Source: an uncultured Candidatus Saccharibacteria bacterium
GTDB lineage: Bacteria; Patescibacteriota; Minisyncoccia; Phycocordibacterales; CAIRYW01
Direction: 5' to 3'
Length of the DNA stretch: 64,000 nucleotides
NCBI GenBank assembly: GCA_964446625.1
Contig: CAYUPH010000003.1
Coordinates: 64,192-128,191, forward strand
This document shows positions 37,268-48,344 of the stretch, piece after piece. A model generated the notes under the pieces. It worked only from the letters and a program-made list of their open reading frames with translations, did no database searches and was not told the origin of the DNA. A program made the position numbers and the translations under genes. Numbering within the stretch: the first letter of the stretch is position 1; each line of letters starts with the position of its first letter.

Positions 37268-39883
37268 TTATTTTCCTCTCAAAATCTTGCGAAGGTAAGT
37301 TCCTGTGTGACTCTTTTGGTTATTCGCCACCTCCTCTGGTGTCCCCTTTGCAACAATTTGACCTCCTGAGGCACCTCCTTCCGGACCAATATCAATAATG
37401 TAGTCACTACATTTAATTAAATCAAGATTGTGCTCAATAACAAGGACAGTGTTTCCGTGCGACACGAGCCTTTGGAGGATTTCAATAAGTTTTCGCACAT
37501 CTTCATAGTGAAGACCTACTGTTGGTTCATCGAGAAGGTAAATAGTTTTTTGTGTATGTGTTCTGTAAAGCTCGCTTGAGATTTTTACCCTCTGCGCTTC
37601 CCCGCCCGAGAGTGTAGTTGCGCTTTGTCCAAGCTCTAGGTAGCCAAGTCCTACTTCATCTAGAGTTTTTAGCCTGTCATAAATAGATGGAATTTCCTCA
37701 AAGAATGCCAACCCCTCTTCCACTGTCATTTTTAGAATATCGTAAATACTTTTCTTCTTGTATTTAACTTCGAGAGTCTCTTTCATAAATCTCTTTCCTC
37801 CACAGATATCACAAGTCACATACACAGTTGGCAAAAAGTGCATTTCTACTTCAATAACTCCATTTCCTTCACAAGTTTCGCATCGTCCACCTTTTCTGTT
37901 AAAAGAAAATCTTCCTGGACCCCACCCGCGAACTCTTGCTTCGCTAGTTGCTGCAAATAGGTCACGAATGTGTCCCCATGCGCCAGTATATGTTGCAGGG
38001 TTACTTCGTGGAGTTCGTCCAATTGGAGATTGATCAATCAAAACTACTCGCGAAAGATACTCTGAACCAGTAAAACTTGTACAGTTATATGTTTCTGCGC
38101 GTCTGTACTTCTTTTCAAGACGAGCTAAGAGGTTTTTGTGTAGAATTTCATACACAAACGAACTTTTTCCTGATCCTGATACACCTGTCACAGACACAAA
38201 TTTTCCAAGAGGAACTTCGACATTTAGATTTTTTATATTAAAGATTTTTCCACCCGCAACTTTTAGAGACCCTTTGTCCCCTTCGCGCCTTTTTGGGATT
38301 TCAATCTCTTCTTCTCCTCGCAGATATGCAAGTGTCTTTGATCCACTGTCGTTTTTCTTGGCTTTAAGCAGGTCATCTATAAAGCCTGATACAACAACTT
38401 CTCCTCCGTGAACTCCAGCCCCTTTTCCAATATCAATAATAAAATCAGAAGCGTACATAGTATCTTCGTCGTGCTCTACCACAATGATTGTATTTCCTAG
38501 GTCTCTAAGGTTTAAGAGTGTTTTTATAAGCCTGTCGTTGTCTCTTTGATGAAGTCCAATTGTTGGTTCATCGAGTACATACAAAGCTCCTACAAGACCG
38601 CTTCCAAGCTGGCTCGCAAGACGAATTCGCTGGGCTTCACCTCCTGAAAGAGTCGATGCCTTTCGGTCTAGTGACAAATAGTCAATTCCCACATCAACCA
38701 TAAACTGAATTCGTGACAAAATCTCTTTTACCACAACTTTAGAAATTTCTTCTTCTTTTTTTGAAAGGTCTAGTGCATAGAAAAACTCCTCTGCGTCTTT
38801 AATAGACAGCGCGGTTGTCTCTACGATATTCTTCTTTGTTCCTGGCAAGAAAACTGCAAGCGCTTCCGGACGAAGTCTTGCTCCATGACAAACTTTACAT
38901 TCTTCGTTCACAAAAAATTCTCTTGTACCAAGACCATTACACTCAGGACACGCGCCATATGGTGAGTTAAAAGAGAAAAGTCTTGGTTCAACCTCTGGAA
39001 AAGAAAATCCGTCGTAAGGACACATAAACTTAGAAGAGATAAGGTGAGTTTCTTCGTCTGTGACGATTTTAATAAGTCCGTCAGACTGTTCAAGAGCTTT
39101 TTCAATTGACTCACTTAGTCTTTCTGTAAACCCGGCACCACCGTCTTTGATTTCTGAAAGATAAAATTCATCAACAAGCACATCAATGTTGTGGTTTTTT
39201 GTTTTTGAAAGCTCGATTCTTTCTCGGAGTGAATACAGGTTTCCATCGACAAGAACTTTCTCATATCCTTTTCCGAGTAGGTCATAGAGGAGCTGATAGT
39301 ACTCGCCTTTTCTACCAACGACAACTGGCGCAAAAAGTTTAAAAGTCTTTTCTGAAATAGAAACTCCGAGAACTTTTTTTGAAGATTTTGTAATATCAAT
39401 AGCCGAAACAGTGTTTATAATAGTCTCAATAATTTCTTCTTTTGATAGCTTTTTGATTTCTCTATCACAAATGAGACAGTGTGGTTTTCCAATACGGGCA
39501 AAAAGGATTCGCAGGTAGTCGTAAATTTCTGTAATAGTTGCAACTGTAGAGCGAGGGTTGTTTGAACGAGACTTTTGATCAATAGAAATAGCTGGCGAAA
39601 GTCCTACAATTTCATCGACGTCTGGCTTTTGCATTTGTCGTAGGAACTGGCGCGCATAACTAGAGAGACTTTCTACATAGCGTCTCTGTCCTTCGGCAAA
39701 AATAGTATCAAAAGCAAGAGAGCTCTTTCCTGATCCAGAGAGCCCTGTAATTGCAATCATCTTTCCTCGAGGCATCTCAACGGTTATGTTTTTGAGATTA
39801 TGTGTTCTAGCCCCTCGAACAATGATTTTTTCGGTCTCTTTTGGAAGTTTACAGATGTGTTTGTTGTTTGAATTTTCCTTCAT
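37268..39883 (-). CDS. uvrA: Excinuclease ABC subunit A
   Basis: [14 protein letters not shown], two [16 protein letters not shown], zinc-finger CxxC pairs. Confidence 0.97.
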   Translation of the reverse strand: MKENSNNKHICKLPKETEKIIVRGARTHNLKNITVEMPRGKMIAITGLSGSGKSSLAFDTIFAEGQRRYVESLSSYARQFLRQMQKPDVDEIVGLSPAISIDQKSRSNNPRSTVATITEIYDYLRILFARIGKPHCLICDREIKKLSKEEIIETIINTVSAIDITKSSKKVLGVSISEKTFKLFAPVVVGRKGEYYQLLYDLLGKGYEKVLVDGNLYSLRERIELSKTKNHNIDVLVDEFYLSEIKDGGAGFTERLSESIEKALEQSDGLIKIVTDEETHLISSKFMCPYDGFSFPEVEPRLFSFNSPYGACPECNGLGTREFFVNEECKVCHGARLRPEALAVFLPGTKKNIVETTALSIKDAEEFFYALDLSKKEEEISKVVVKEILSRIQFMVDVGIDYLSLDRKASTLSGGEAQRIRLASQLGSGLVGALYVLDEPTIGLHQRDNDRLIKTLLNLRDLGNTIIVVEHDEDTMYASDFIIDIGKGAGVHGGEVVVSGFIDDLLKAKKNDSGSKTLAYLRGEEEIEIPKRREGDKGSLKVAGGKIFNIKNLNVEVPLGKFVSVTGVSGSGKSSFVYEILHKNLLARLEKKYRRAETYNCTSFTGSEYLSRVVLIDQSPIGRTPRSNPATYTGAWGHIRDLFAATSEARVRGWGPGRFSFNRKGGRCETCEGNGVIEVEMHFLPTVYVTCDICGGKRFMKETLEVKYKKKSIYDILKMTVEEGLAFFEEIPSIYDRLKTLDEVGLGYLELGQSATTLSGGEAQRVKISSELYRTHTQKTIYLLDEPTVGLHYEDVRKLIEILQRLVSHGNTVLVIEHNLDLIKCSDYIIDIGPEGGASGGQIVAKGTPEEVANNQKSHTGTYLRKILRGK

Positions 39884-39951
39884 AAGCAGTCTATTATGAC
39901 ATAGTTTATATAGTTTGACAAAACACGGTTTAGTTCTATAATCAAAGGCCT

Positions 39952-40197
39952 ATGAATGATGTTCCTTCGAAGCCTTTGGACCGCCCTGTAGCTGGGGACT
40001 ACCTCACCATCAATAGAAAGGAGGGGACAGAGGATCAGTTTATGTTGGAGTTCAACAGAGCTGGTGAGAAAGTTGGACGCACTATTTTAGTCATTGACTG
40101 CGAGAATTCAAGTGCAATTGTTGAAGTGCTGTCCATGTTTGGACTCCAAAAAGATTTTTCAATAAACTCCTATACGTGGAAGTTGAAGCAGCTCTAA
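39952..40197 (+). CDS. Small hypothetical protein
   Basis: 81 aa; TTGACA..TATAAT promoter 9 nt before the ATG. Confidence 0.6.
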   Translation: MNDVPSKPLDRPVAGDYLTINRKEGTEDQFMLEFNRAGEKVGRTILVIDCENSSAIVEVLSMFGLQKDFSINSYTWKLKQL

Positions 40198-40210
40198 TCA
40201 AGCTGTTTTT

Positions 40211-40879
40211 TTATTTCCTAATTAAAATCACTCCATCCCATGCAGGAATAAGCACCGCTTTTTCTTTAAATTTTCGCTTTACAAAATCATTAAATTTTTG
40301 AGTATAGACAATAGACTCTCGGGTCTCATTTTTGTCTACCACTTTTCCCTTCCACAAACTATTGTCACAAATTATAACTCCACCCTCTTTTAAAAGAGTG
40401 AGGGACTTAAGTAGGTACTCTTTTTGATTTCTCTTGTCTGCATCTATAAAAATAGCATCGAAACGGATTTTTTTCTTTTGAAGACCCTCTAGCATTTTTA
40501 CCCCTGGACCATGTAGTTGGATTATTCTCTCTGAGGCTTTAAGTTTTTTCCAAAGAGCAGTGCTCGGCGCCAAATTCCTTTTATCTGCTTCAATTGTGTA
40601 TACTTTTCCATTTTGAGGAAGAGCTCTCGACAAAAATACGGTACTAAAACCTCTAAAAGTGCCGATTTCTAAAACTTTTTTTACCTTTAGTAGTGAAAGG
40701 AGAAACTGTAAAAAACTTCCTTCCGAGAAGGGGACTTGTATAAAGGAGTCGGGTAATTCAAAAGTCTCTTCGAGAACTTTCCGCTTTTCAACTTTTGAGA
40801 AGTTCTCTATATACGAAAATAGTTCGTCAGTTTCCTCTACCTTTTTACTTCTTTTTGCTCTTTGAGGTAGGTTTATCAT
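40211..40879 (-). CDS. SAM-dependent O-methyltransferase (COMT/TrmR-like)
   Basis: VLEIGTFRGFS, FDAIFIDADK, GGVIICDNSLWKG, DGV. Confidence 0.9.
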   Translation of the reverse strand: MINLPQRAKRSKKVEETDELFSYIENFSKVEKRKVLEETFELPDSFIQVPFSEGSFLQFLLSLLKVKKVLEIGTFRGFSTVFLSRALPQNGKVYTIEADKRNLAPSTALWKKLKASERIIQLHGPGVKMLEGLQKKKIRFDAIFIDADKRNQKEYLLKSLTLLKEGGVIICDNSLWKGKVVDKNETRESIVYTQKFNDFVKRKFKEKAVLIPAWDGVILIRK

Positions 40880-42920
40880 CTCCTTTTCTTTTTATTCCAG
40901 GAACTCGTAGCCCTGTCTTGTCCATAAGCGCAATAAGCTCATCACGAATAATCGCTGCTGTTTCAAAATCGAGAGCTTTCACCGCTTCTTCCATTTCTTC
41001 TTTCTTTTGCTTCATAAATGACACTGGATCCTTTTCAAAAAGTACTTTTTCTATATTCATAACACTACTTACTGCTTTCTGGTGGTCAGTTGCAACCATG
41101 TCTGTAATGTCTTTAATTGCCTTTTTGATAGTTTTTGGAGTAATACCATGCTTTTTGTTGTACTCTTCTTGAAGTGTACGCCTTCTTTTTGTTTCTCCTA
41201 TCGCTTTTTCAAGAGACTTTGTTGTGTGGTCTGCGTAGACAACTACCCTTCCCTCACTATTTCTCGCTGCTCGTCCGATAATCTGAATAAGCGAAGTTTC
41301 GGATCGAAGGAACCCTTCCTTATCTGCATCAAAAATACCAATGAGCGCTACCTCGGGCAGGTCGAGTCCTTCTCGCAGTAGATTTACTCCGATTAGTACA
41401 TCAAACTTCCCTTTTCGAAAATCTGAAAGGATTGTAATTCGGTCAAATGTGTCTACGTCACTGTGGAGGTACTCTGCTTTTATGTTTTTCTCTTTTAGAA
41501 ATTCAGAAAGGTCTTCGGCCATTTTCTTTGTAAGAGTTGTACCAATAACACGAAAACCTTTTGCAATAGTCTTTTGCGCATCAAGGATAAAATCCTGAAT
41601 TTGTCCTTTGTAGTTTCCTTCTGCAACAACTCCTCTTATATCAATAAGTGGGTCGAGGAGCCCTGTTGGACGAACAACTTGCTCGACAATTGCTTTGCTT
41701 TTTTCTGCCTCGTATTTAGAAGGTGTAGCGCTCGTAAAAATCATTTGCCCCACTCTCTCTTCGAACTCCGGAAACTTTAGTGGTCTGTTGTCCGCAGCAG
41801 AGGGAAGCCTAAAACCGTGGTCGATTAGGTTCTTTTTTCGTGAAGCGTCTCCTGCATACATGGCTCCGATCTGAGGAATTGTGACATGCGACTCATCTAT
41901 AACAGTTAGAAAATCTGCTTTACCGTCCTTTGTTCGGGGAAAGTACGACAAAAGACTGTCCGGCGCCTCACCAGGAGCTTTACCTGAAAAATGCCTTGAG
42001 TAGTTTTCGATACCGTTGCAGTAACCCACTTCTTTAATAAGAGCGATATCGTAATTTGTTCGGCGCTTTAGTCTCTCTGCCTCAAGAATCTTTCCTTCTT
42101 TTTCAAGTTCTTTTAATCTCTCCGCGAGCTCTAGTTTTATGCTTTCTACTGCGCGAAGAGCTGCGTCTTCGTCAGAAATAAAGTGTTTTGCAGGAAAGAG
42201 GAAAAAAGTATCTATCTCAGAAACAATTTCTCGTGTCACAGCATCGAGTGTCTGAATTCTTTCAATCGAATCCCCTTTAAAGTCAATTTTATAAAGAAGT
42301 CTTTCACTAATAGGCATTACTTCAATACTGTTTCCAAGCGCTCGAAATACTCCAGGCGAAAGATCTGCATTTGTTCGCTCGTAGTGAATTGAAATAAACT
42401 TTCGTGCGAGGTCATTTCGAGAAAGTTTCTGTCCTTTCGCTACTTTTATGTTTACTTTTTCGTATTCATCTGGGCTTCCAAGTCCATAGATACACGAAAC
42501 AGACGCGACTATGATTACATCTTTTCGGGTAAGAAGAGCTTGGGTTGAGGCGTGGCGGAGGCGGTCAATTTCTTCGTTTATCTGGGCTTCTTTTTCAATA
42601 TACGTATCGCTCGCGGAAATATAGGCCTCAGGCTGATAGTAGTCGTAATACGAAACAAAGTAATGCACCGCGTTTTCTGGGAAAAATTCTCTATACTCTG
42701 CTGCGAGCTGCGCTGCAAGAGTTTTGTTGTGAGCAATCACTAGAGTCGGTTTTCCAATATTTGCAATTATATTTGCTATTGTAAAAGTCTTTCCAGAGCC
42801 GGTTACACCAAGAAGAGTCTGGTTATCTAAACCTTGCTTCACTCCTTTTGTCAGAGCTTCTATTGCCTTTGGTTGATCTCCTGCTGGCTTGTAGCCTGTT
42901 TTTAGTTTGAAAATACTCAT
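40845..42920 (-). CDS. uvrB: Excinuclease ABC subunit B
   Basis: PAGDQP, GVTGSGKT, YYDYYQPEAY, DESH, LLREGLDLPEV; start ATG 42920. Confidence 0.97.
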   Translation of the reverse strand: MSIFKLKTGYKPAGDQPKAIEALTKGVKQGLDNQTLLGVTGSGKTFTIANIIANIGKPTLVIAHNKTLAAQLAAEYREFFPENAVHYFVSYYDYYQPEAYISASDTYIEKEAQINEEIDRLRHASTQALLTRKDVIIVASVSCIYGLGSPDEYEKVNIKVAKGQKLSRNDLARKFISIHYERTNADLSPGVFRALGNSIEVMPISERLLYKIDFKGDSIERIQTLDAVTREIVSEIDTFFLFPAKHFISDEDAALRAVESIKLELAERLKELEKEGKILEAERLKRRTNYDIALIKEVGYCNGIENYSRHFSGKAPGEAPDSLLSYFPRTKDGKADFLTVIDESHVTIPQIGAMYAGDASRKKNLIDHGFRLPSAADNRPLKFPEFEERVGQMIFTSATPSKYEAEKSKAIVEQVVRPTGLLDPLIDIRGVVAEGNYKGQIQDFILDAQKTIAKGFRVIGTTLTKKMAEDLSEFLKEKNIKAEYLHSDVDTFDRITILSDFRKGKFDVLIGVNLLREGLDLPEVALIGIFDADKEGFLRSETSLIQIIGRAARNSEGRVVVYADHTTKSLEKAIGETKRRRTLQEEYNKKHGITPKTIKKAIKDITDMVATDHQKAVSSVMNIEKVLFEKDPVSFMKQKKEEMEEAVKALDFETAAIIRDELIALMDKTGLRVPGIKRKGDDKPTSKSKKK

Positions 42921-42938
42921 AAATGCAAATAATACCAC

Positions 42939-42966
42939 AAAAAAAGCGCTCTGGAAACCAGAGCGC
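42939..42966 (-). terminator. Intrinsic terminator
   Basis: gcgctctgg/ccagagcgc plus U7 on the minus strand. Confidence 0.7.
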
Positions 42967-42976
42967 AAAGAAAGAA

Positions 42977-43183
42977 CTATTTTGGGTTTTTATCCCTTCT
43001 CACTCTTTTACTATTTTGTGACGGAGAACCTTCGAGAATAATTGATACTGTGCCGACAGAGAGTTTTATCTTATCCATTCGAACTCCCGGGAACTCTTTT
43101 GCCACATACCCTAGCAAGGCATCGATAGTGAGAATCTTCTTTTCTCGAAGATCTACTGGGTATAAACTAACAGTTTTTTTCAT
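42977..43183 (-). CDS. Small hypothetical protein
   Basis: MKKTVSLYPVDL... 68 aa, followed by a terminator; start uncertain. Confidence 0.5.
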   Translation of the reverse strand: MKKTVSLYPVDLREKKILTIDALLGYVAKEFPGVRMDKIKLSVGTVSIILEGSPSQNSKRVRRDKNPK

Positions 43184-43320
43184 GGTGGTAAGAAGCTTTT
43201 TCTCAGAGCTTCTCACTACTTCCAAATTTATAGAAACAGAGAAAAACACTGAGGAAAATTCCTTGTTTTCTTCTGCTTTTTGGTTGTACTGATTTTTAAC
43301 ATGTTTGTATAAAAAGTGCC

Positions 43321-43616
43321 TTACGGCACAAGATCGTAATAAAGCGTCGCTTCGTCTCCCTGAACTTCAACATAAACAGGTTCAGGTGGCATTTGTCCGA
43401 AAAGCCTATAGAATCTAATCTCAAGTTTTTCCAGACACATTCCAAGCGGGATTGTAGCTACAATGCCCTGATTTTCTAAATGAAAGAACATAACAAAAAC
43501 GAGCCCCATCTTGAGGGCTCGTCTTGTTTGTTTAGAAAAAAAGTAAACAACTAAGAGGAAACCTCAAGAGATGTGAGGATTACCTTGACCTTAATTGTTG
43601 CTTTTCGTGTGTTCAT
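43321..43616 (-). pseudogene. Possible frameshifted small gene
   Basis: ATG 43616 frame stops after 21 codons; a second frame is open from about 43563 to 43321. Confidence 0.3.
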
Positions 43617-43640
43617 GTTTAGTATTTTACAGAAGAAGAG

Positions 43641-45155
43641 TTACTTTGCAAGTCCTGTTAGCTTGAAACTACTTATAACAAACCCAACTTGTATAACCGA
43701 CTGCAAATTTGTTGGAGTTCCAGTACCGCTCACAACAAACGCTTTGTCGCCTTTTACGAACACTTTTTGAACTACATAATTGTTTTCGTCTTTACCTTCG
43801 AACATAGCATACTCATTTCCACTTTCATCTTTTCCACTCTGAAAATCTGCGTCAGTAGAGGGGATTTTGTATTTATTTAGGTTTTGAAGAATGACAGATT
43901 TTGCTGTAACGCCTACTTTGACTGTTTCCACCTCAACACTCACCGCAGAAGGCAGAAGACCTGCTTCTATGTTTTCTTTTGCAGTAGCAGAATCTATTGC
44001 AGAAAAAACTGGTTCGCCAGGTTTTTTTGCAGTCACATAGTTCCACGAAGCTGGGAGTGTGATTTGGAAACCATTTTCTGTATCTGTGTAAACTTTTGAA
44101 TTATTTAGATTTGTTGCAATTTGATTTGCATTATTTCTTACTTCCTTCAGTCCTAAAAATATTATTCCACTTAAAGTGACTAAAACGAGAAGTACGCCAA
44201 GAGTAAGGGAAAGCCAAAAAGAAATTTTTACTCTTTTTCGTGTTTTCTGCAGTATTTCCTCTGTTACATCCCCTACTCTATTTTTTAGACCTTTAAGTAT
44301 TTGATACCCGAAACTAAAACTCATTACATTTACGACAATTTGGCTCACTAAGCCTACAATCAATATCGCAATGAAGAACAGTAATCCCTTTTCAGCAAAT
44401 TGATCAAGGGTTCCTGATTTGAAAAGCTGAAACATTTTCGAAAAGCCGTATGTTTTATAAATAGGATAAAGTTCAATAACCCTAAGTACTGTAAGTGGGA
44501 TATAAATTACAAATAATAGTACAACATATCCAAGAACTCGGAGCATGAGCTTTCCCACTACATCTTTTGTAATCAAGACACTTTTTGCAAGAGCAGAAAA
44601 GAAACTTATGTGCTCAGTAACCAAAAAGAGGGGTGCTAAAGCAAAACGAGCCATTGTCCAAACTCCAAGAAGAAAAAAACTTACTGCTAGAACAGTAAAC
44701 ACTATTAGAGGTGGTAGTGCCATACTAGAAGCAAAAGCAATAACCATAGCAATAGGTATCATTCCAATAAACAAAATTGCCATTGCAAAACTATTAATAA
44801 GCATATAGAAAACGATATTTCTAAGTCCAGTTAGATACGCTTCTTTTTTACTTGCGACTCCTGTCTCCTCAAGGTCTTTCAGGTATTTAAAACCTCCGAG
44901 GCTTGTTGCTACTGAGAAAAGGAAGAGTGGCAGGCCAACCACTATGCTTCCAATTATTCTAACAATATGAGGCAAATTGGCCTGTGCCACCAGGTTTACA
45001 ATAGCTACACCCACAAGTGAGGGTAAAACAAAAAACAAAAGCGGCTTGAAGTGCTTCTTTGTAAGAGAAAGAAAACTGATAAAAAATTCTTTGAAAGAAC
45101 TAAGTTTTCCTGTTCCTTCTGTTTTAGGCGCTGCCTCGATTTGAGTAGAATCCAT
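43641..45155 (-). CDS. Multi-TM membrane protein with C-terminal PsbP-like extracellular domain
   Basis: About 7 TM helices then YTDTENGFQITLPASW. Confidence 0.75.
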   Translation of the reverse strand: MDSTQIEAAPKTEGTGKLSSFKEFFISFLSLTKKHFKPLLFFVLPSLVGVAIVNLVAQANLPHIVRIIGSIVVGLPLFLFSVATSLGGFKYLKDLEETGVASKKEAYLTGLRNIVFYMLINSFAMAILFIGMIPIAMVIAFASSMALPPLIVFTVLAVSFFLLGVWTMARFALAPLFLVTEHISFFSALAKSVLITKDVVGKLMLRVLGYVVLLFVIYIPLTVLRVIELYPIYKTYGFSKMFQLFKSGTLDQFAEKGLLFFIAILIVGLVSQIVVNVMSFSFGYQILKGLKNRVGDVTEEILQKTRKRVKISFWLSLTLGVLLVLVTLSGIIFLGLKEVRNNANQIATNLNNSKVYTDTENGFQITLPASWNYVTAKKPGEPVFSAIDSATAKENIEAGLLPSAVSVEVETVKVGVTAKSVILQNLNKYKIPSTDADFQSGKDESGNEYAMFEGKDENNYVVQKVFVKGDKAFVVSGTGTPTNLQSVIQVGFVISSFKLTGLAK

Positions 45156-45201
45156 ATTATTAAACTAAGTTAGTATGGATTAAGTATACCACAGTAGGGT
45201 T

Positions 45202-46392
45202 TTAAATATTGTAGTCCTTAAGGAATTTTTCTTTAAAAGACTCGTAGGTTCCGCTTCGTATCGCTTCTCTTATGTTCTTAAAAAGACTCTCAATAAAATA
45301 AACATTGTGAAGAGATGCGAGGGTTTTTCCTAAAATCTCATCTACCCTAAAAAGATGCGAAATATAACTTTTTGTAAAATTTTTGCACGCATAGCACTCA
45401 CACCCATCTTCAAGAGGAGAAAAATCATTTTTGTACTTGCTATTTGTTATATTGAACCTTCCTTCATGCGTAAGGATTCTGCCGTTTCGAGCATTTCGAG
45501 TTGGAAGCACACAATCGAACGTGTCGCACCCCGCCTCAACTCCCGCAAAAATATCGAGAGGCTCTCCAATTCCTAGGAGGTGCCTTGGTTTGTCCTCGGG
45601 CAAAATTTTGTTCACTTCGTAAACCGCTTCACCTATATCTTTTTTGCTGTATGATCCACCAATAGCATATCCATCAAAATCGAGTCCTGCTAGAAACGTA
45701 GCGCTCTCCTTTCGTAAATCTAAAAATTTTCCTCCTTGTACGACTGCGTAGAGTCCTTGAGTTTTTGAATTTTCTTTTGATCTATGGAAGTCTAGACATC
45801 TCTTTGCCCACGCATGAGTTCGTGCGAGAGCTATCTTTTGGTACGAAACAGGCGCATGAGGAGCTGTGGGTTCGTCGAGAACTACGATAATATCAGCACC
45901 TATGTTGTGCTGTATTTCTATGGATTTTTCTGGTGAAAAAAAATGCGTACTTCCGTCGATATGTGATTTAAAAGTAACTCCTTCGTCAGTTACCGTTGCG
46001 CTTCCCTCACTTTCAGTCTGCGCCTCAGCATCAGGGTTATCGTGATCAGTAAACTTTGTAACCCCTTTTCCATACGCAACCCCTAAAGAAAAAGCTTGAA
46101 AACCACCCGAGTCTGTCATTGTTGGTCCGTTCCAACCGGAAAATTTACTGAGTCCGCCAGCAGAAGCAAGAATCTCGCTTCCTGGACGCATTTCAAGGTG
46201 ATATGTGTTCGACAAAAATAACTGCGAGCCGATTTCTTTTAGCATTTGTGGGGTGAGGGCTTTTACTGTTGCTTTTGTTCCAACCACAGCAAAAGATGGG
46301 GTTTCAACCTTTCCATGCGGTGTTTCTAGTTCTCCAAGGCGAGCAAGTGTGCCAGGAACTTTTTCTTTAATTGTAAAACGAAGCGGAGACAA
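45202..46392 (-). CDS. tgt: tRNA-guanine transglycosylase
   Basis: TDSGGFQ, VVQGG, PRHLLGIG, DTFDCVLPTR, CECYAC..HN zinc site. Confidence 0.96.
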   Translation of the reverse strand: MSPLRFTIKEKVPGTLARLGELETPHGKVETPSFAVVGTKATVKALTPQMLKEIGSQLFLSNTYHLEMRPGSEILASAGGLSKFSGWNGPTMTDSGGFQAFSLGVAYGKGVTKFTDHDNPDAEAQTESEGSATVTDEGVTFKSHIDGSTHFFSPEKSIEIQHNIGADIIVVLDEPTAPHAPVSYQKIALARTHAWAKRCLDFHRSKENSKTQGLYAVVQGGKFLDLRKESATFLAGLDFDGYAIGGSYSKKDIGEAVYEVNKILPEDKPRHLLGIGEPLDIFAGVEAGCDTFDCVLPTRNARNGRILTHEGRFNITNSKYKNDFSPLEDGCECYACKNFTKSYISHLFRVDEILGKTLASLHNVYFIESLFKNIREAIRSGTYESFKEKFLKDYNI

Positions 46393-46394
46393 TG

Positions 46395-46901
46395 CTATTT
46401 TGTAGAGACGTCAACAACTTCAATATCAAAGATAAGAGTTGCTCCTCCTGGAATAACACCAGGCACTCCACGCTCACCATACCCCATTTCCGCAGGGATA
46501 GTCAGAGTGATTGAACTTCCCTTTTTAGCTCCAAGAAGACCTTTCTCCCAACCAGCAATTACTCGTCCTTCTCCTAGTGTTACTTCAAACGGCACTCCTC
46601 TGCTAAGAGAAGAGTCGAAAACTTTTCCGTCTTCTAATTTTCCTGTGTAGTGCACTGTAACAACATCTCCAATTCGTGCTGCTTGACCCTCACCTTCCTT
46701 TTTAACTTCAACTTTTAGTCCGTTTTCCATTATTTTTTTATTATTATTTATAATTTTTTCTTCCTTCTTAGGTGTACTTTCTTCTACCACTTTTACTTCT
46801 TCCCTGGGCATAGGCGCCTCAGTTTCAGAAGTAAACCAAAGTAACCCCACTAGAAGAATTACAATACCGATTACAATAAAAAGAAATTTTTTATCTTTCA
46901 T
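46395..46901 (-). CDS. Membrane-anchored FKBP-type PPIase
   Basis: VHYTGKL, FDSS, VIAGWEKG, GYGERG, LIFDIE; start ATG 46901. Confidence 0.93.
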   Translation of the reverse strand: MKDKKFLFIVIGIVILLVGLLWFTSETEAPMPREEVKVVEESTPKKEEKIINNNKKIMENGLKVEVKKEGEGQAARIGDVVTVHYTGKLEDGKVFDSSLSRGVPFEVTLGEGRVIAGWEKGLLGAKKGSSITLTIPAEMGYGERGVPGVIPGGATLIFDIEVVDVSTK

Positions 46902-46979
46902 AGACAGTATTATACATATTTTCGATTCTTTTTCCATTTAATAGAAATTTCATTTTTTTCTGATATGATAAGCGTTTAT

Positions 46980-48344
46980 ATGGATCACGGACACCTTACA
47001 GAAGGAGATATTGCAAAACTTGTTTGGAAAATCGCGCTACCTGCGTCGATTGGTTTTTTCTTTAACACAATGTTTAACGTTGTGGATGCATTTTATGGCG
47101 GAAAACTGGGTACAGACGCACTCGCAGCCATGTCAGCTTCGTTTCCAATATTCTTTTTGATCATCGCTGCTTCATCTGGTGTTGGTAGCGCAGCCTCTTC
47201 TCTAATTGGAAACGCTCTTGGTGCAAAGGACACAAAAAAGGCAAAAGAGTACTATCTTACTGCTATATTTATTGGAGTTGCTGTTTCAATTGTTTTAACT
47301 ATTATTGGTCTTCTTGTTTCAGAGCCTCTTTTTGAGGAGCTTGGTCTTCAAGGTGCCTCTCTCCAATATGCACTTGATTATACAAACATGATTTTCTACG
47401 GAACTATCTTTTTTGTTCTTGCAAACATTTTAAACTCTTACCTTCTTGCAATTGGTGACACAAAAACTTTTAGCAAAAGTCTTATCTTTTCTTTTATTTT
47501 AAACGTTATTCTTGATCCTTGGTTCATGTATGGCGGTTTTGGTGTAAAACCAATGGGGCTAGCAGGGATTGCATTTGCAACAATTCTTGTACAACTCATT
47601 CAGTGTATCTATATTGGATTTAAGTCACGCAAATTACATTTGCTACGTGGGTTCAGAGAACTTAAATGTAGTAAAGAAACTGTAAAGGAAATCTTTGTCC
47701 AGGCAGTTCCATCAAGTGTCAACATGATGACTGTGGCGATTGGAAGTTTTATTTTGACTTACTTTATTGGCGTCTATGGAACTGATGCGGTTGCAGCATA
47801 CGGAACGGCAGTACGAATTGAACAGATTATTCTTATTCCATCGATAGGACTCAACATTGCCGCTCTTGCGCTTGCTGGTCAAAGTAGCGGAGCTCGCAAC
47901 TATGAGCGAATTCGAGAAATCATAAAAGCTACTACGCGGATTGCACTATACCTCTCTGGAGTCGCACTCATTGTTTTGCTTTTTGGAGGAAAACTTCTGA
48001 TGAAGGTTTTTTCTAAGGACCCTACTGTAATTTCAATTGGTACTACATACCTTTATTTTGCTGCTTTTATTTTCCTTTCTTATATTTTAATTTTTGTAGG
48101 TAGTTCTATTCTCCAAGCAGTCAAAAGACCCTCGAAAGCACTAGCTATTTCAGTTGTAAGACAGATTATTGTGCCTGTTATTCTCTTTACAATCGTTACG
48201 AAGGTTTTCCATCTTGAAATAACAGCAATTTGGACACTGATTTTAATCACCAACTGGCTTGGAGCTTTTGTAACAAATAAAATTGTAGAGCGGGAACTAA
48301 AGGTTTTAGAAGCTAAGAAAGAAACTTTAGTACAGTCTGCTTAA
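46980..48344 (+). CDS. MATE-family efflux transporter
   Basis: LTEG, NVVD, GDTK, NVILDP, GLAGIAFAT; about 12 TM. Confidence 0.92.
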   Translation: MDHGHLTEGDIAKLVWKIALPASIGFFFNTMFNVVDAFYGGKLGTDALAAMSASFPIFFLIIAASSGVGSAASSLIGNALGAKDTKKAKEYYLTAIFIGVAVSIVLTIIGLLVSEPLFEELGLQGASLQYALDYTNMIFYGTIFFVLANILNSYLLAIGDTKTFSKSLIFSFILNVILDPWFMYGGFGVKPMGLAGIAFATILVQLIQCIYIGFKSRKLHLLRGFRELKCSKETVKEIFVQAVPSSVNMMTVAIGSFILTYFIGVYGTDAVAAYGTAVRIEQIILIPSIGLNIAALALAGQSSGARNYERIREIIKATTRIALYLSGVALIVLLFGGKLLMKVFSKDPTVISIGTTYLYFAAFIFLSYILIFVGSSILQAVKRPSKALAISVVRQIIVPVILFTIVTKVFHLEITAIWTLILITNWLGAFVTNKIVERELKVLEAKKETLVQSA

